Origin: Candidatus Poribacteria bacterium
GTDB lineage: Bacteria; Poribacteria; WGA-4E; PCPOR2b
DNA length: 64,000 nucleotides
Direction of reading: 5' to 3'
NCBI GenBank assembly: GCA_965207975.1
Contig: OZ242315.1
Span: 6,303,322 to 6,367,321, forward strand
The position numbers and the translations under genes were made by a program. This document shows, in pieces, positions 44,848-55,106 of this stretch (position 1 is the first letter of the stretch; each line of letters begins with the position of its first letter). The notes under the pieces were generated by a model. The model was not told the DNA's origin, ran no database searches, and worked only from the letters and a program-made list of their open reading frames with translations.

Positions 44848-44887
44848 ATGACATTTTGTCTCGGTTGTTGGGGTGTCAAAATGTCAT
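44848..44887 (+). promoter_or_regulatory. 11-bp inverted repeat upstream of groES (candidate operator)
   Basis: ATGACATTTTG-18 nt-CAAAATGTCAT, about 107 bp upstream of the groES ATG. I found no canonical CIRCE (TTAGCACTC-N9-GAGTGCTAA) in the 415-bp upstream region. Confidence 0.3.
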
Positions 44888-44993
44888 TGAGAGGCGGATA
44901 ACCCAGTAATAGCGGGGTGGCATATCTATTGCATACTTTGTATGTGTTGTATCAGTTTATTGATTCACACCTTAACGAAAAGGAGAATGAGAT

Positions 44994-45284
44994 ATGGCAC
45001 TCACGCCGTTAGGCGATCGGATTTTAATCCGTCGCACTGAAGAAGATGAGCAGACAACCAGTGGCGGGATTATCATCCCTGACACTGCGAAAGAGAAGCC
45101 CCAAGAAGGCGAAGTCATCGCTGTTGGACATGGTCGCTTGCTTGACAATGGCGATCGGCAACCCATTGATGTCGCAGCTGGAGATAAAATTCTATTTGGG
45201 AAATACTCCGGCACAGAAGTGACCTATGAAAATGAAGAGCTGCTGATTCTACGCGAAGATGACATCCTGGCGAAGATTAGCTAA
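44994..45284 (+). CDS. groES: Co-chaperonin GroES
   Basis: 96 aa. [10 protein letters not shown]...[24 protein letters not shown]. Confidence 0.97.
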   Translation: MALTPLGDRILIRRTEEDEQTTSGGIIIPDTAKEKPQEGEVIAVGHGRLLDNGDRQPIDVAAGDKILFGKYSGTEVTYENEELLILREDDILAKIS

Positions 45285-46952
<1,668 letters not shown>

Positions 46953-46981
46953 TCAATGGTGTTTGTTTGCCACTGTTGATA

Positions 46982-47002
46982 GCGTGATGCGTGATACGTG
47001 AA
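46982..47002. repeat. Tandem heptamer array (RCGTGAW)x3
   Basis: GCGTGAT GCGTGAT ACGTGAA, 30 nt after the groEL stop. Confidence 0.8.
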
Positions 47003-47134
47003 AATCATTGGTTCATGAGGTTGTGAACCGATGAACAGCCCGATAAATTGGGATTTTCAGCTTGATGGATGTGGAAACGACATCTTCATCAACTTGCATC
47101 AAAGGTTATTAAACACCTGAAATTAGAGGCAGAT

Positions 47135-47172
47135 ATGGAGGGCAGAGATTTTCTTTGCCCTCCATTTTTTTT
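47135..47172 (+). terminator. Rho-independent terminator of groESL
   Basis: Stem ATGGAGGGCA / TGCCCTCCAT (47135..47144 with 47156..47165), followed by a T-run. Confidence 0.75.
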
Positions 47173-47178
47173 CTCTAT

Positions 47179-47303
47179 AAGACTTACACAGCGAGCGGGT
47201 TCATAAGTCCCCCTGATAAGTGACACATCCCGATGAAATCGGGGGGATTTAGGAGGTTAAAAATCAAAAATCTGTTTCTGTATACTAAATTTGCGTAAGT
47301 CCT
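47179..47303. mobile_element. Degenerate MITE-like unit with the 12-bp TIR family
   Basis: AAGACTTACACA (47179..47190, 10/12 match to AGGACTTACGCA) and TGCGTAAGTCCT (47292..47303). Encloses a CCCGATGAAATCGGG hairpin. Confidence 0.4.
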
Positions 47304-47573
47304 ATCTATAAGATTTGTGCAGCTGATATTGTGTTCTATATTTAACGCAAAGACACAATGACGCAAGGTTTTTACTTTGTTAGGCCTTATGCGGTTGAAC
47401 GCTCAAAGCCTCCGTTTCGACCCCTTCTAACTCCCCCGCCCCGATAAATCGGGATTAAGAAACAAGCGGGGGAGAACCAACTGTAGTTCGGCGATAAATT
47501 GCCACACAGGACAACTCTCAACGCCCGATGAATCGGGCAACTACAGTAAGTTCTTAGGCACCGATTCTGTTTC

Positions 47574-47601
47574 GTAGGGAACGCAGATCTGCGTTCCCTA
47601 C
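47574..47601. repeat. Perfect 28-bp palindrome GTAGGGAACGCAGATCTGCGTTCCCTAC
   Basis: Identical to 16719..16746. Confidence 0.9.
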
Positions 47602-47637
47602 AGAATATATTATTTCCTCCTGAAAGAGACTCAAGAC

Positions 47638-47766
47638 ATGCGCCTATCATGGAATGAAATCCGTGCCCGCGCTGCTGCATTCGCTCAGGAATGGGCAGAC
47701 ACTGGCTACGAACGAGGACAAACCCAACTGTTCTACCAAGCATTCTACTTAAAATGCTCTTTTTAA
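47638..47766 (+). pseudogene. Remnant of the N-terminus of an MmeI-type (type IIG/IIL) restriction-modification enzyme
   Basis: My translation is MRLSWNEIRARAAAFAQEWADTGYERGQTQLFYQAFYLKCSF*. The first ~35 residues match the conserved N-terminal pattern of MmeI-family enzymes (..LSWNEIR.RA..F...W......E.....F...FF). The ORF stops after 42 codons, whereas full enzymes exceed 900 aa. Confidence 0.6.
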
Positions 47767-47794
47767 TTTCAACTGTTTTTTAGGGGGCACGAAA

Positions 47795-48157
47795 ATGAGA
47801 TTTTTATTGATTCTCGCCTTACTATTTCTCTCAGCTTGCGGCGGAGAAAATCCATTCTCTTCACTTGTTGGTGAAGATGAGCATATTGAGATTATCACGA
47901 TTGGTCCTTCCATCAAGCGGTGTCAGGGATTTATTGAGCAGGATTGCTATCTTGAGTACAATGAGGATTCAGCGCGGTGGGAGTTTTTCTACGAGAGTAT
48001 TCAGGGCTTTGATTTTGAGCCGGGGTATATTTATACCCTTGAGGTCAGATTGAAAGATCGAGGTACGGAGATACAGGATGTGGGGCGGTATGCCTATCAC
48101 CTTGTTAAAGTAGTCGAGAAGAAAAAAGCACCCGCCGATTTTAGTTATGGTTGGTAA
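47795..48157 (+). CDS. Lipoprotein, DUF4377-like
   Basis: 120 aa. MRFLLILALLFLSACGG lipobox. CQGFIEQDCYLEY...IQGFDFEPGYIYTLEV resembles DUF4377. Confidence 0.6.
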   Translation: MRFLLILALLFLSACGGENPFSSLVGEDEHIEIITIGPSIKRCQGFIEQDCYLEYNEDSARWEFFYESIQGFDFEPGYIYTLEVRLKDRGTEIQDVGRYAYHLVKVVEKKKAPADFSYGW

Positions 48158-48565
48158 GATTTAGCGGTCGATTTCAACCGATTCGATTTATTTGGATAAT
48201 CCTTCCTTTCCAGTTCCGTTTGTCCCCGCGAGATTATGGTGGATTTTAGAATTGATTAGACACTGCGAACAAGTGGGATCATCAACTTTATTCATGGAGT
48301 TACGGCACACGGAGTGTACCTACTACTATAAGGAGGAGATTGTGCTGAATGGTGCAATTCTGAGGATACAGTCTACACCATTTGGTGCGTTCAGTTGATT
48401 AACTGACAACAGAAGTCCCTCGTTTTCTGCGGATTTCCCTAGTTACAGGTCAATGGCACACTAGTTGCTCTTAGGTAACACATCACAATGTAGACTCTTG
48501 CATCACACCTGATGCAAGGGTTCCCTCAAATCTCGAAACACAAACCATGATTTTGGAGGACCAAC

Positions 48566-50032
48566 ATGAGTGCTAAAAAGACGTCAGGGGCTGTGATGAC
48601 CTCGTTGATTGTTCACGGAGTCGTCTTCGTTATCGCAGGTATCTATCTCGTTACCCAAACCCAGCAGTTCAGAGACCGGTTCGGTGCCGAAGTGCTACAA
48701 GCCAAAGAGCCCCCCAAACCGCAAGTTCGTAAACCGGTTTTCAAAACAGTTAAGCCAACGGTTCCAACCACAAATACGATGGTTGTTAAACCAATTAAGC
48801 TTAAACACAGGGTTACAAGCGTACGTACGACCTCCATACAGCCAGAAACGGTCCTGGACTTTTCCAATAAAGTGGTGAAGTTGGAGGATCCCATCAACCC
48901 CAATATACCTAAAGTGGTCAACGCCAATGCGCCGGTGCCGCAATATATAACACATGCGGACTTGCCTGTTTCTGATGCTCCCGGCGCACTCGCATTTTCC
49001 TCACCCGTCGCAACGGCTCCAAGTGCCGCACCCGCTAACATTGGTCGTGGTATCGGCGGTATTGTGCAGGTGAAGGTCGCTTTTGAACGTCCGGCTGGAC
49101 TCGCTATGGTTGGACACGTTGGTGCAACCCGCGATGCCTTGGGTGATGTCGCTGATAGCATTATTTTAGGTGATGCAGAAGTGCCACCGCTGCCCCGTGG
49201 CGAACCCGGTGGCCGTGTCATTGGGCGTGGTGCCGATATTCGTGGCGTGTTCCGCTTTACCCGTGTCCGTCACAGTCTCTCCGACTGGTGGGCTGATGCT
49301 TCCTCGCTGAACGCGTGGACGAAGTGGATGAACGAACGGACGAAGATTAAAACCGACATGAACGTCGAAGGTGGCGCGCTCAAGTTCACCGATGCGAACT
49401 TGCAGAAAGCCCCTCTGCTTTTCATGACGGGACATGATCCAGCACTTGTCCGTGGCAAGAATCTGATGGGGCGCCAGTACGGCGGTGGTAAATTGGACAA
49501 CCGTCTGTCTGAAACTGAAGCAGCCTCACTCCGTCGGTATCTCGTTGAAAGAGGCGGTGTCCTTGCTTTTGACGACTGTGGGGTGAACGCACCTGCACAG
49601 GCAATGATTCGTCTGTTCCTCGCTCAGATGCGTTTTGTTATGCCTGAATATCAGGTTACACGAATTCCGAATGACCATGAGATGTACAGCAACTTCTATG
49701 AGATGGGTGGACCGCCAGTTGGATTTGACCTGTGGTGGTGGGGAACGCACCCGCCGAAACGGAACTATCTCGAAGGAGTTATGGTTGGCGACCATATTTC
49801 TGTGTTAGTATTCCGTCGTGATTATATGTGTGCGATGGAGTCGGTTAGTTTGCCAACCCGTAGTGTCCACTATTCACCAGGTGTTTATCGTTTCATGACC
49901 AACGTTGCAGTTTACGCACTGACGCACGGCTCGATTTCTGATTACTCCGGTTATGTGCCAGAAGACACAATGGCGAAGAGGAGACTGCCGATTCGTGCTC
50001 CTGAAACCGCAGGGATTGGTGCTGTTGAGTAG
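48566..50032 (+). CDS. Membrane-anchored DUF4159-domain protein
   Basis: 488 aa, GGAGGA RBS. N-terminal TM helix, Pro/Val-rich linker, and a C-terminal block (FTRVRHSLSDWWAD...APLLFMTGHD...GGVLAFDDCG...HGSISDY) typical of DUF4159. Confidence 0.7.
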   Translation: MSAKKTSGAVMTSLIVHGVVFVIAGIYLVTQTQQFRDRFGAEVLQAKEPPKPQVRKPVFKTVKPTVPTTNTMVVKPIKLKHRVTSVRTTSIQPETVLDFSNKVVKLEDPINPNIPKVVNANAPVPQYITHADLPVSDAPGALAFSSPVATAPSAAPANIGRGIGGIVQVKVAFERPAGLAMVGHVGATRDALGDVADSIILGDAEVPPLPRGEPGGRVIGRGADIRGVFRFTRVRHSLSDWWADASSLNAWTKWMNERTKIKTDMNVEGGALKFTDANLQKAPLLFMTGHDPALVRGKNLMGRQYGGGKLDNRLSETEAASLRRYLVERGGVLAFDDCGVNAPAQAMIRLFLAQMRFVMPEYQVTRIPNDHEMYSNFYEMGGPPVGFDLWWWGTHPPKRNYLEGVMVGDHISVLVFRRDYMCAMESVSLPTRSVHYSPGVYRFMTNVAVYALTHGSISDYSGYVPEDTMAKRRLPIRAPETAGIGAVE

Positions 50033-50073
50033 GGTCTGCTGATTTTGCCAGACCTTTACATTATGTCACGTGA

Positions 50074-50103
50074 GCAGCCAAGCCATTCGCTTGGCTGCTT
50101 TTT
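50074..50103 (+). terminator. Rho-independent terminator
   Basis: GCAGCCAAG-CCATTCG-CTTGGCTGC followed by TTTTT, 42 nt after the stop of the DUF4159 gene. Confidence 0.75.
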
Positions 50104-50271
50104 GCTGCTTCATTTTTACCCAGGTTGCTAGACAACCCCGATAGATCGGGATTTCGCTACGCTCAACCTATATCATATCTCGACACCCCAATGCCGTGTT
50201 GGGCGATTGAATGACAGCAGGGCAACCACAAGGGTTGCCCCTACAAGGATTGACCCAATGCCCGGTTGCCG

Positions 50272-51354
50272 TTAGCCCATCCGGAGGTTTCGGTCTTCCA
50301 GTGGTAGATCTACCCGCACATTGCCGAGGCGATGGGATTCGCGTAGTCCGATAGCAATCTCCAGTGCCTCCCTGCCAAATTCTCCCGGACAGATGCGCTC
50401 TTCTCCCGCCTCCAGAGATTTGCAAACGCCTTCGATTGCGTCTACCATTGAACTCCGCGGATACCACGGGTTAGGAAACTGACATTGGATAGGTCCACCT
50501 GTCTCGGGATGGGTACTCCGTAGTTCAAATTGGGCATGGGCATTGCGTGAAACGATACGCCCCTTATTGCCGATAAATTCGAGCGTCCATGATTCCCCAG
50601 TAGTCTCGGATCGGGTATTCATGATAGCACGGACACCGTTCTCGTAGACGATATACCCGGATCCCGCGAGGTCGCTATCTCCCGCAGCACTTTCTTCACT
50701 GTCCATTACGCCGAACACCCACTTTGCTGGAGCATCGGCAAACAAGCGCAAGAGCGCAAACGTATGGCTATGAAGATTGGAGAGACTGGCTGGACTGTGA
50801 CAAACCATCGATCTCAATGTGCCGATGGCTCCGTCAGCGATTGCTTGGCGTGCGTTTGTGTACCAATTGTACCAATTGAGGTGGCACGCAATAGCGAGGA
50901 TGGTCCCGTGCTTGTGACAGGCATCAATCATCGCGTCCGCCTCAGCAAGGGTGCGACACATCGGCTTCGTGGCGTAGATTGCCTTTACACCTGCTTCCGC
51001 TAAACCGATAGTGACCTCCGCACGGGGTTCAGGACGGGTTGTTAGGCAGACGATGTCCGGCTGTTCCTTTTCCACCATCTCTCTATAATCGGTATAAAGG
51101 GCATCGACACCCCAACGCCGCTTGAAGTCATCTAGTTTTGCTTGATCTACATCAGCTGCGGCGATGAGGTCTACCCCTCGCGCCTCAATCATTGCTGGAG
51201 CGTGCGCCCAGGGCCAGGGGTAGTGTGGCATTCCGATATGTTCATCATCGATCGTGCTGCCCATCCTGCCACATCCGACAACTGCACCGCGATAGGTGTG
51301 TTTGGGTTTGGTTTCGTGAACGACGCGAAATGCTTCCCCTTTGGGTTCAGCCAT
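50272..51354 (-). CDS. Gfo/Idh/MocA family oxidoreductase
   Basis: 360 aa. GAVVGCGRMG Rossmann motif and ATKPM (EKP-type). Confidence 0.85.
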   Translation of the reverse strand: MAEPKGEAFRVVHETKPKHTYRGAVVGCGRMGSTIDDEHIGMPHYPWPWAHAPAMIEARGVDLIAAADVDQAKLDDFKRRWGVDALYTDYREMVEKEQPDIVCLTTRPEPRAEVTIGLAEAGVKAIYATKPMCRTLAEADAMIDACHKHGTILAIACHLNWYNWYTNARQAIADGAIGTLRSMVCHSPASLSNLHSHTFALLRLFADAPAKWVFGVMDSEESAAGDSDLAGSGYIVYENGVRAIMNTRSETTGESWTLEFIGNKGRIVSRNAHAQFELRSTHPETGGPIQCQFPNPWYPRSSMVDAIEGVCKSLEAGEERICPGEFGREALEIAIGLRESHRLGNVRVDLPLEDRNLRMG

Positions 51355-51421
51355 GAGATTTTCCTTTCGGTATCAGTTTTGGAAACTGGTGTACAAAGCG
51401 TGAACCCCAAGTTCCTGTTTC

Positions 51422-52132
51422 CTACGTTTCACGCTCCACACTTGACGGCTTCTCTGCCTCGTTTCCGTTTCCAAGTTTTGCTTTCAACGCTGCGAGATCA
51501 TCCTCAACGTTGCCCTTCGTCTCTAACGCTGCAAACTCATCTTCAAGAGGATCCTTCTCAAAATCAGCCATTTCGGCGGCAGCATCCGCCCTGGCTTCCA
51601 TATCACCGACCTTCTGCTCCATCCGCTCGAAGGTGTCAAAGGCACTGCTATCCTTCATCCCCGCCATCGTTTCATGGATCTGCTTTTGTGCTTTGGCACG
51701 TTTCTGACGTGCGATCAGCAGATGCTTCTTGCGGTCAGCTTCACCAATTTTCAGTTCCAGTGCTTTCAGATGTTCCTTGAGTTGATCAACTGCCTGTCGC
51801 TGCTTGTCCCACTGGATTTTGTACTCATCTGCGAGTTGCTGCGCCTCATTTCGTCGTGCTAATGCTTCTCGCGCCAAGTCGTCCCGTTCTTTCTGAATGG
51901 CGATGGCGGCTTTCTCTTCCCACCCCTTGGCTTGTTCGGCAGTTTCCTGATACTGTCTCTGAAGACGTTTTTCATCGGCAATGGCAGCAGCTACCTTCTG
52001 CTTCGTATCGATAAGCTGCTCTTTCATTTCGATGGTAATTTGATTGAGAACCTTTTCCGGATCTTCCGCCTTAGTCAAGGCTTCGTTCACATTGGCTTTG
52101 AAGATTGTGGAGATTCGACTGAAGACACTCAT
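51422..52132 (-). CDS. pspA: PspA/IM30 family protein (phage shock protein A)
   Basis: 236 aa. MSVFSRISTIFKANVNEALTKAEDPEKVLNQ is the canonical PspA N-terminus, followed by a long coiled coil. Confidence 0.9.
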   Translation of the reverse strand: MSVFSRISTIFKANVNEALTKAEDPEKVLNQITIEMKEQLIDTKQKVAAAIADEKRLQRQYQETAEQAKGWEEKAAIAIQKERDDLAREALARRNEAQQLADEYKIQWDKQRQAVDQLKEHLKALELKIGEADRKKHLLIARQKRAKAQKQIHETMAGMKDSSAFDTFERMEQKVGDMEARADAAAEMADFEKDPLEDEFAALETKGNVEDDLAALKAKLGNGNEAEKPSSVERET

Positions 52133-52454
52133 TTTACTATCCCTCCGTGTTATAGGCTGCGATGTAAGTGAATTGAACCGCCGAGCGGTTCATGAAATCG
52201 CTTTTGATGATGCAAGGGAATTGCCATTTAGTCTTATCAGTTTTGATCAGAATCTTCCGGGAGTGTTTGCGAATGTCGGTTTTCATAGCAATATTACCAA
52301 TGGCACCGTTGTTGCCTGAATCTCAGATGAATGGTATTATACAACCAAATCCCGGGCGTGTAAAGGGCATCTTGATTGTGCATTATATCTAAAGCCATAT
52401 CAATGCTGAACGCTTGCAAAAAGGGGACAAGTGAGTTTTCTCTGAAACTGCCCC

Positions 52455-52483
52455 TTGACACTTAACGTATGTTATGGTAAAAT
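52455..52483 (+). promoter_or_regulatory. Consensus-like sigma70 promoter (TTGACA-17 nt-TAAAAT) upstream of the ankyrin gene
   Basis: TTGACA at 52455..52460, 17-nt spacer, TAAAAT at 52478..52483. The predicted leader contains two repeat hairpins. Confidence 0.55.
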
Positions 52484-52634
52484 AGTGTCTATCATCTTAT
52501 TTTTTTGGGATGTCTATGTATAATAAAATAAATTGCCACATGTCGCCCCGCTGGGGCTTTGAAGGTCGGGCGAGAACACCCGACCTACTGGAAATAGGTA
52601 GTAATTCAATTAATCACACACATGGAGGATAGAT

Positions 52635-53321
52635 ATGGCACTCGGTTCAATTCACGATGCGGCAGCCAACGGCGACCTTGATACAGTAAAGAAAATCCTT
52701 GAACAGGATCCCGGACAGGTCAACCAAGATGATCAGTATGAATGGCGTCCTATATTTCATGCCGGATTGAGACGGCATTATGACGTTGTAAAATATCTAA
52801 TAGACTGCGGCGCGGACTTGGCAGCGCACGATGGGTATGTGATTCACTACGCTGGGGAAGTGCCAAACAATAAGGAGGTCGTATCGCTGCTCATTGCGTA
52901 TGGGGGATTGGATGCCCATACTAAACCAGCAAGCGAAATTGCGCGCCAGTTCATATACGCTGTTTTCTTAGCCAACGTGGGGCGGGTGAACACAATGCTT
53001 CGTGATAACTCAGCGTTAGTCGAAGAGCGTTACGCCCGCGGCGATACCGCTTTGCACCACGCTGCTCGGAATGGCGACTTAGAAATTGTAAAACAGTTGG
53101 TCAGCAGCGGTGGGGATGTCAATGCAGTGGCGGATCAGGGCCATTTTCCCTTGTACTGTGCAGCCGGTCATGGGCATGTAGAAACGACGCAATATCTAGT
53201 AGAAAATGGTGCGGATCTACAAGCGAGGCTCACAGACGGGAAAACAGTGATTGAATGGCTAAAACAGTATGCGGATTATGACCGTCGCTTGAAATCGACT
53301 CTCGATGTATTGGAGAAGTAA
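52635..53321 (+). CDS. Ankyrin-repeat protein
   Basis: 228 aa, GGAGGA RBS. Several ANK repeats (GDTALHHAARNGDLEIVKQLVSSGGDVNA, GHFPLYCAAGHGHVETTQYLVENGADL). Confidence 0.9.
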   Translation: MALGSIHDAAANGDLDTVKKILEQDPGQVNQDDQYEWRPIFHAGLRRHYDVVKYLIDCGADLAAHDGYVIHYAGEVPNNKEVVSLLIAYGGLDAHTKPASEIARQFIYAVFLANVGRVNTMLRDNSALVEERYARGDTALHHAARNGDLEIVKQLVSSGGDVNAVADQGHFPLYCAAGHGHVETTQYLVENGADLQARLTDGKTVIEWLKQYADYDRRLKSTLDVLEK

Positions 53322-53473
53322 TTTACCCTATTCGTTCAGAACCACAGGAGCACAACAGATACCGTTTTTGGGCTGCAATCCCCGAAATCGGTAACCGCTA
53401 TCTAAGAGTCATTACGCTCGACGATAAAATTACTATTCATAACGCTTTTCCAGATCGAGGATTCAAGCCATGA
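53282..53473 (+). pseudogene. Start-less fragment of a small gene coupled to DUF2283 (possible decayed toxin)
   Basis: Frame open from 53282 with no ATG/GTG/TTG start. It reads ...YPIRSEPQEHNRYRFWAAIPEIGNRYLRVITLDDKITIHNAFPDRGFKP*. The stop overlaps the DUF2283 ATG (ATGA). The 5-prime part overlaps the ankyrin gene end. Confidence 0.35.
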
Positions 53474-53682
53474 AACTCAACTACTATCCAGAAACTGACT
53501 CACTGTACATCAACTTGTCTGAGCAGTCCAGCGTAGAAAGTCATGAAATCTCGGAAGGCATTCTTCTGGATTATGATGCCGACGGTAAACTTGTTGGCAT
53601 TGACATTGATAATGCTAGTAACAAAGTTGACATGGAAAAACTGATTTTCAGCGGGCTCCCCGGCAAGATTGAAGCAGCGTGA
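53470..53682 (+). CDS. DUF2283-domain protein (putative antitoxin-like)
   Basis: 70 aa. MKLNYYPETDSLYINLSE...GILLDYDADGKLVGIDIDNAS is the DUF2283 pattern. Confidence 0.75.
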   Translation: MKLNYYPETDSLYINLSEQSSVESHEISEGILLDYDADGKLVGIDIDNASNKVDMEKLIFSGLPGKIEAA

Positions 53683-53780
53683 AACGAAGATTTTTGCCAA
53701 GAGCAGCTGGGGTAGCTATTTCTCTAGAAACACCTATAAAGCAATAAGGCATTTCGTCCATTCCCATGTTCAATAGAACA

Positions 53781-55106
53781 TTAATAGTGCAGCCACTTCC
53801 ATAGCTCACCGAGGGTTGGACGTTTACCATACATCAGTATGCCGATTTTGTATATCTTTCCCATGACCACGATAGCCCCGAAGATTGTTGCAATCATCAC
53901 AGCAATATTGAGTAAAATTTCCCATAACGGTGGCATGAGCACGTTGATCCTCATAAACATAAGCAGCGGAGAGAAGAACGGGATATGAGAAAGAACTACG
54001 GTCAATGTGGCGTCTGGCACGCGAAATAGACCGAACATCAGCATAAAAGGAAGAATTAACATCATCACAAGCGGGGTTGCGACCTGTTGTGCTTCCTCTT
54101 CGCTATTGCATATTGCACCGGCAGCGGCATAGACGGTGGAAAAGAGGAAGAAACCTGATACAAAATAGATCAGAAAATAGAAAAATGCTGATGGTCCCGT
54201 TGATTTGATAATAGAGGTGATTTCAATGAACTCCAGCGGTATTCCCTGTATTCCGAATAGTCCCAAAATGGGATTGATGTTCATCAATAGCAGAACGGCA
54301 CAACTCCCCCATATCAAGAACATCGTGAGGCATACCAAACAGACACCGATGATTTTGCCAAACAGTAATTGATGTGGCTTAACAGAAGAGATAATCACTT
54401 CCACAATGCGGGTTGTTTTCTCTTCAAGTACACTCCGCATCACTGAAGCACCATATAACAACGTAAAAAGGTATAAGGAAAAAGTCAAGATGTAAGTCAG
54501 TCCAAGTCTAACTATGGCTGTTTCTTCGCCTTCGACCGTGTCTGTTTTTGCAGTAACAGCGTACTCCTTAAGACTGATTCGTCGCATAAGGTCTCTGACT
54601 TCGCCTGCAGCATACCCTTTATCCGCAAGTCGCTTGTTGGTGACAATGCGCGAAATGACCCCGCTGAAAGCAATCTGTTCCTCAAAGTTTGTAATATTTT
54701 TCGCGTAATAGTTGACTTCGAGACGTTCAAAGACCTCCTGTGGAATTTCGATATACCCACGGATTTCCTTTGCCTCAACCTGCTGATTCAGTTGTTTTTT
54801 TACCTCTACATTGCCGTTGAAATCTGACGATTTTTCAATCAACTGGTATACCCGCTTCCCTTTATGATAAAAAAATGAATTCTCGTCAAGGGCGTCCTGC
54901 ATCTTGGAGAAGATCTCCCCCGTTTCATCGAAAACGACATAGGTTTTGATCTCATCGGATTTATGCTGCAACGTCATCATCAAACTGGGGAGGACCATCA
55001 CAATAAACATCATCACTGGCATCAATAAGATCGATGCCACAAACCCCTTCGTTTTGACTCGCGTTATGTACTCTCTCTTGATGACTGTAATGACCTTATT
55101 CGGCAT
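53781..55106 (-). CDS. ABC-2 type transporter permease (NatB-like)
   Basis: ATG at 55106 (MPNKVITVIKREYITRVKTKGF). One N-terminal TM, a large extracytoplasmic loop, then five or six TMs. Overlaps the upstream ATPase gene by 11 nt. Confidence 0.8.
   Translation of the reverse strand: MPNKVITVIKREYITRVKTKGFVASILLMPVMMFIVMVLPSLMMTLQHKSDEIKTYVVFDETGEIFSKMQDALDENSFFYHKGKRVYQLIEKSSDFNGNVEVKKQLNQQVEAKEIRGYIEIPQEVFERLEVNYYAKNITNFEEQIAFSGVISRIVTNKRLADKGYAAGEVRDLMRRISLKEYAVTAKTDTVEGEETAIVRLGLTYILTFSLYLFTLLYGASVMRSVLEEKTTRIVEVIISSVKPHQLLFGKIIGVCLVCLTMFLIWGSCAVLLLMNINPILGLFGIQGIPLEFIEITSIIKSTGPSAFFYFLIYFVSGFFLFSTVYAAAGAICNSEEEAQQVATPLVMMLILPFMLMFGLFRVPDATLTVVLSHIPFFSPLLMFMRINVLMPPLWEILLNIAVMIATIFGAIVVMGKIYKIGILMYGKRPTLGELWKWLHY

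Noticed and set aside
48192-48398. 68-aa ORF between the DUF4377 and DUF4159 genes, and an 18-codon sub-ORF with a strong AAGGAGG-N5-GTG
   Set aside because: The long ORF starts at a TTG without an RBS and has no recognisable similarity. The short GTG ORF has a good SD, but 18 codons cannot be supported without conservation data.
51142-51780. 212-aa plus-strand ORF spanning the boundary of the Gfo gene and pspA
   Set aside because: It is antisense to two well-supported genes and crosses their intergenic spacer. The translation is Pro/Ser/His-rich.
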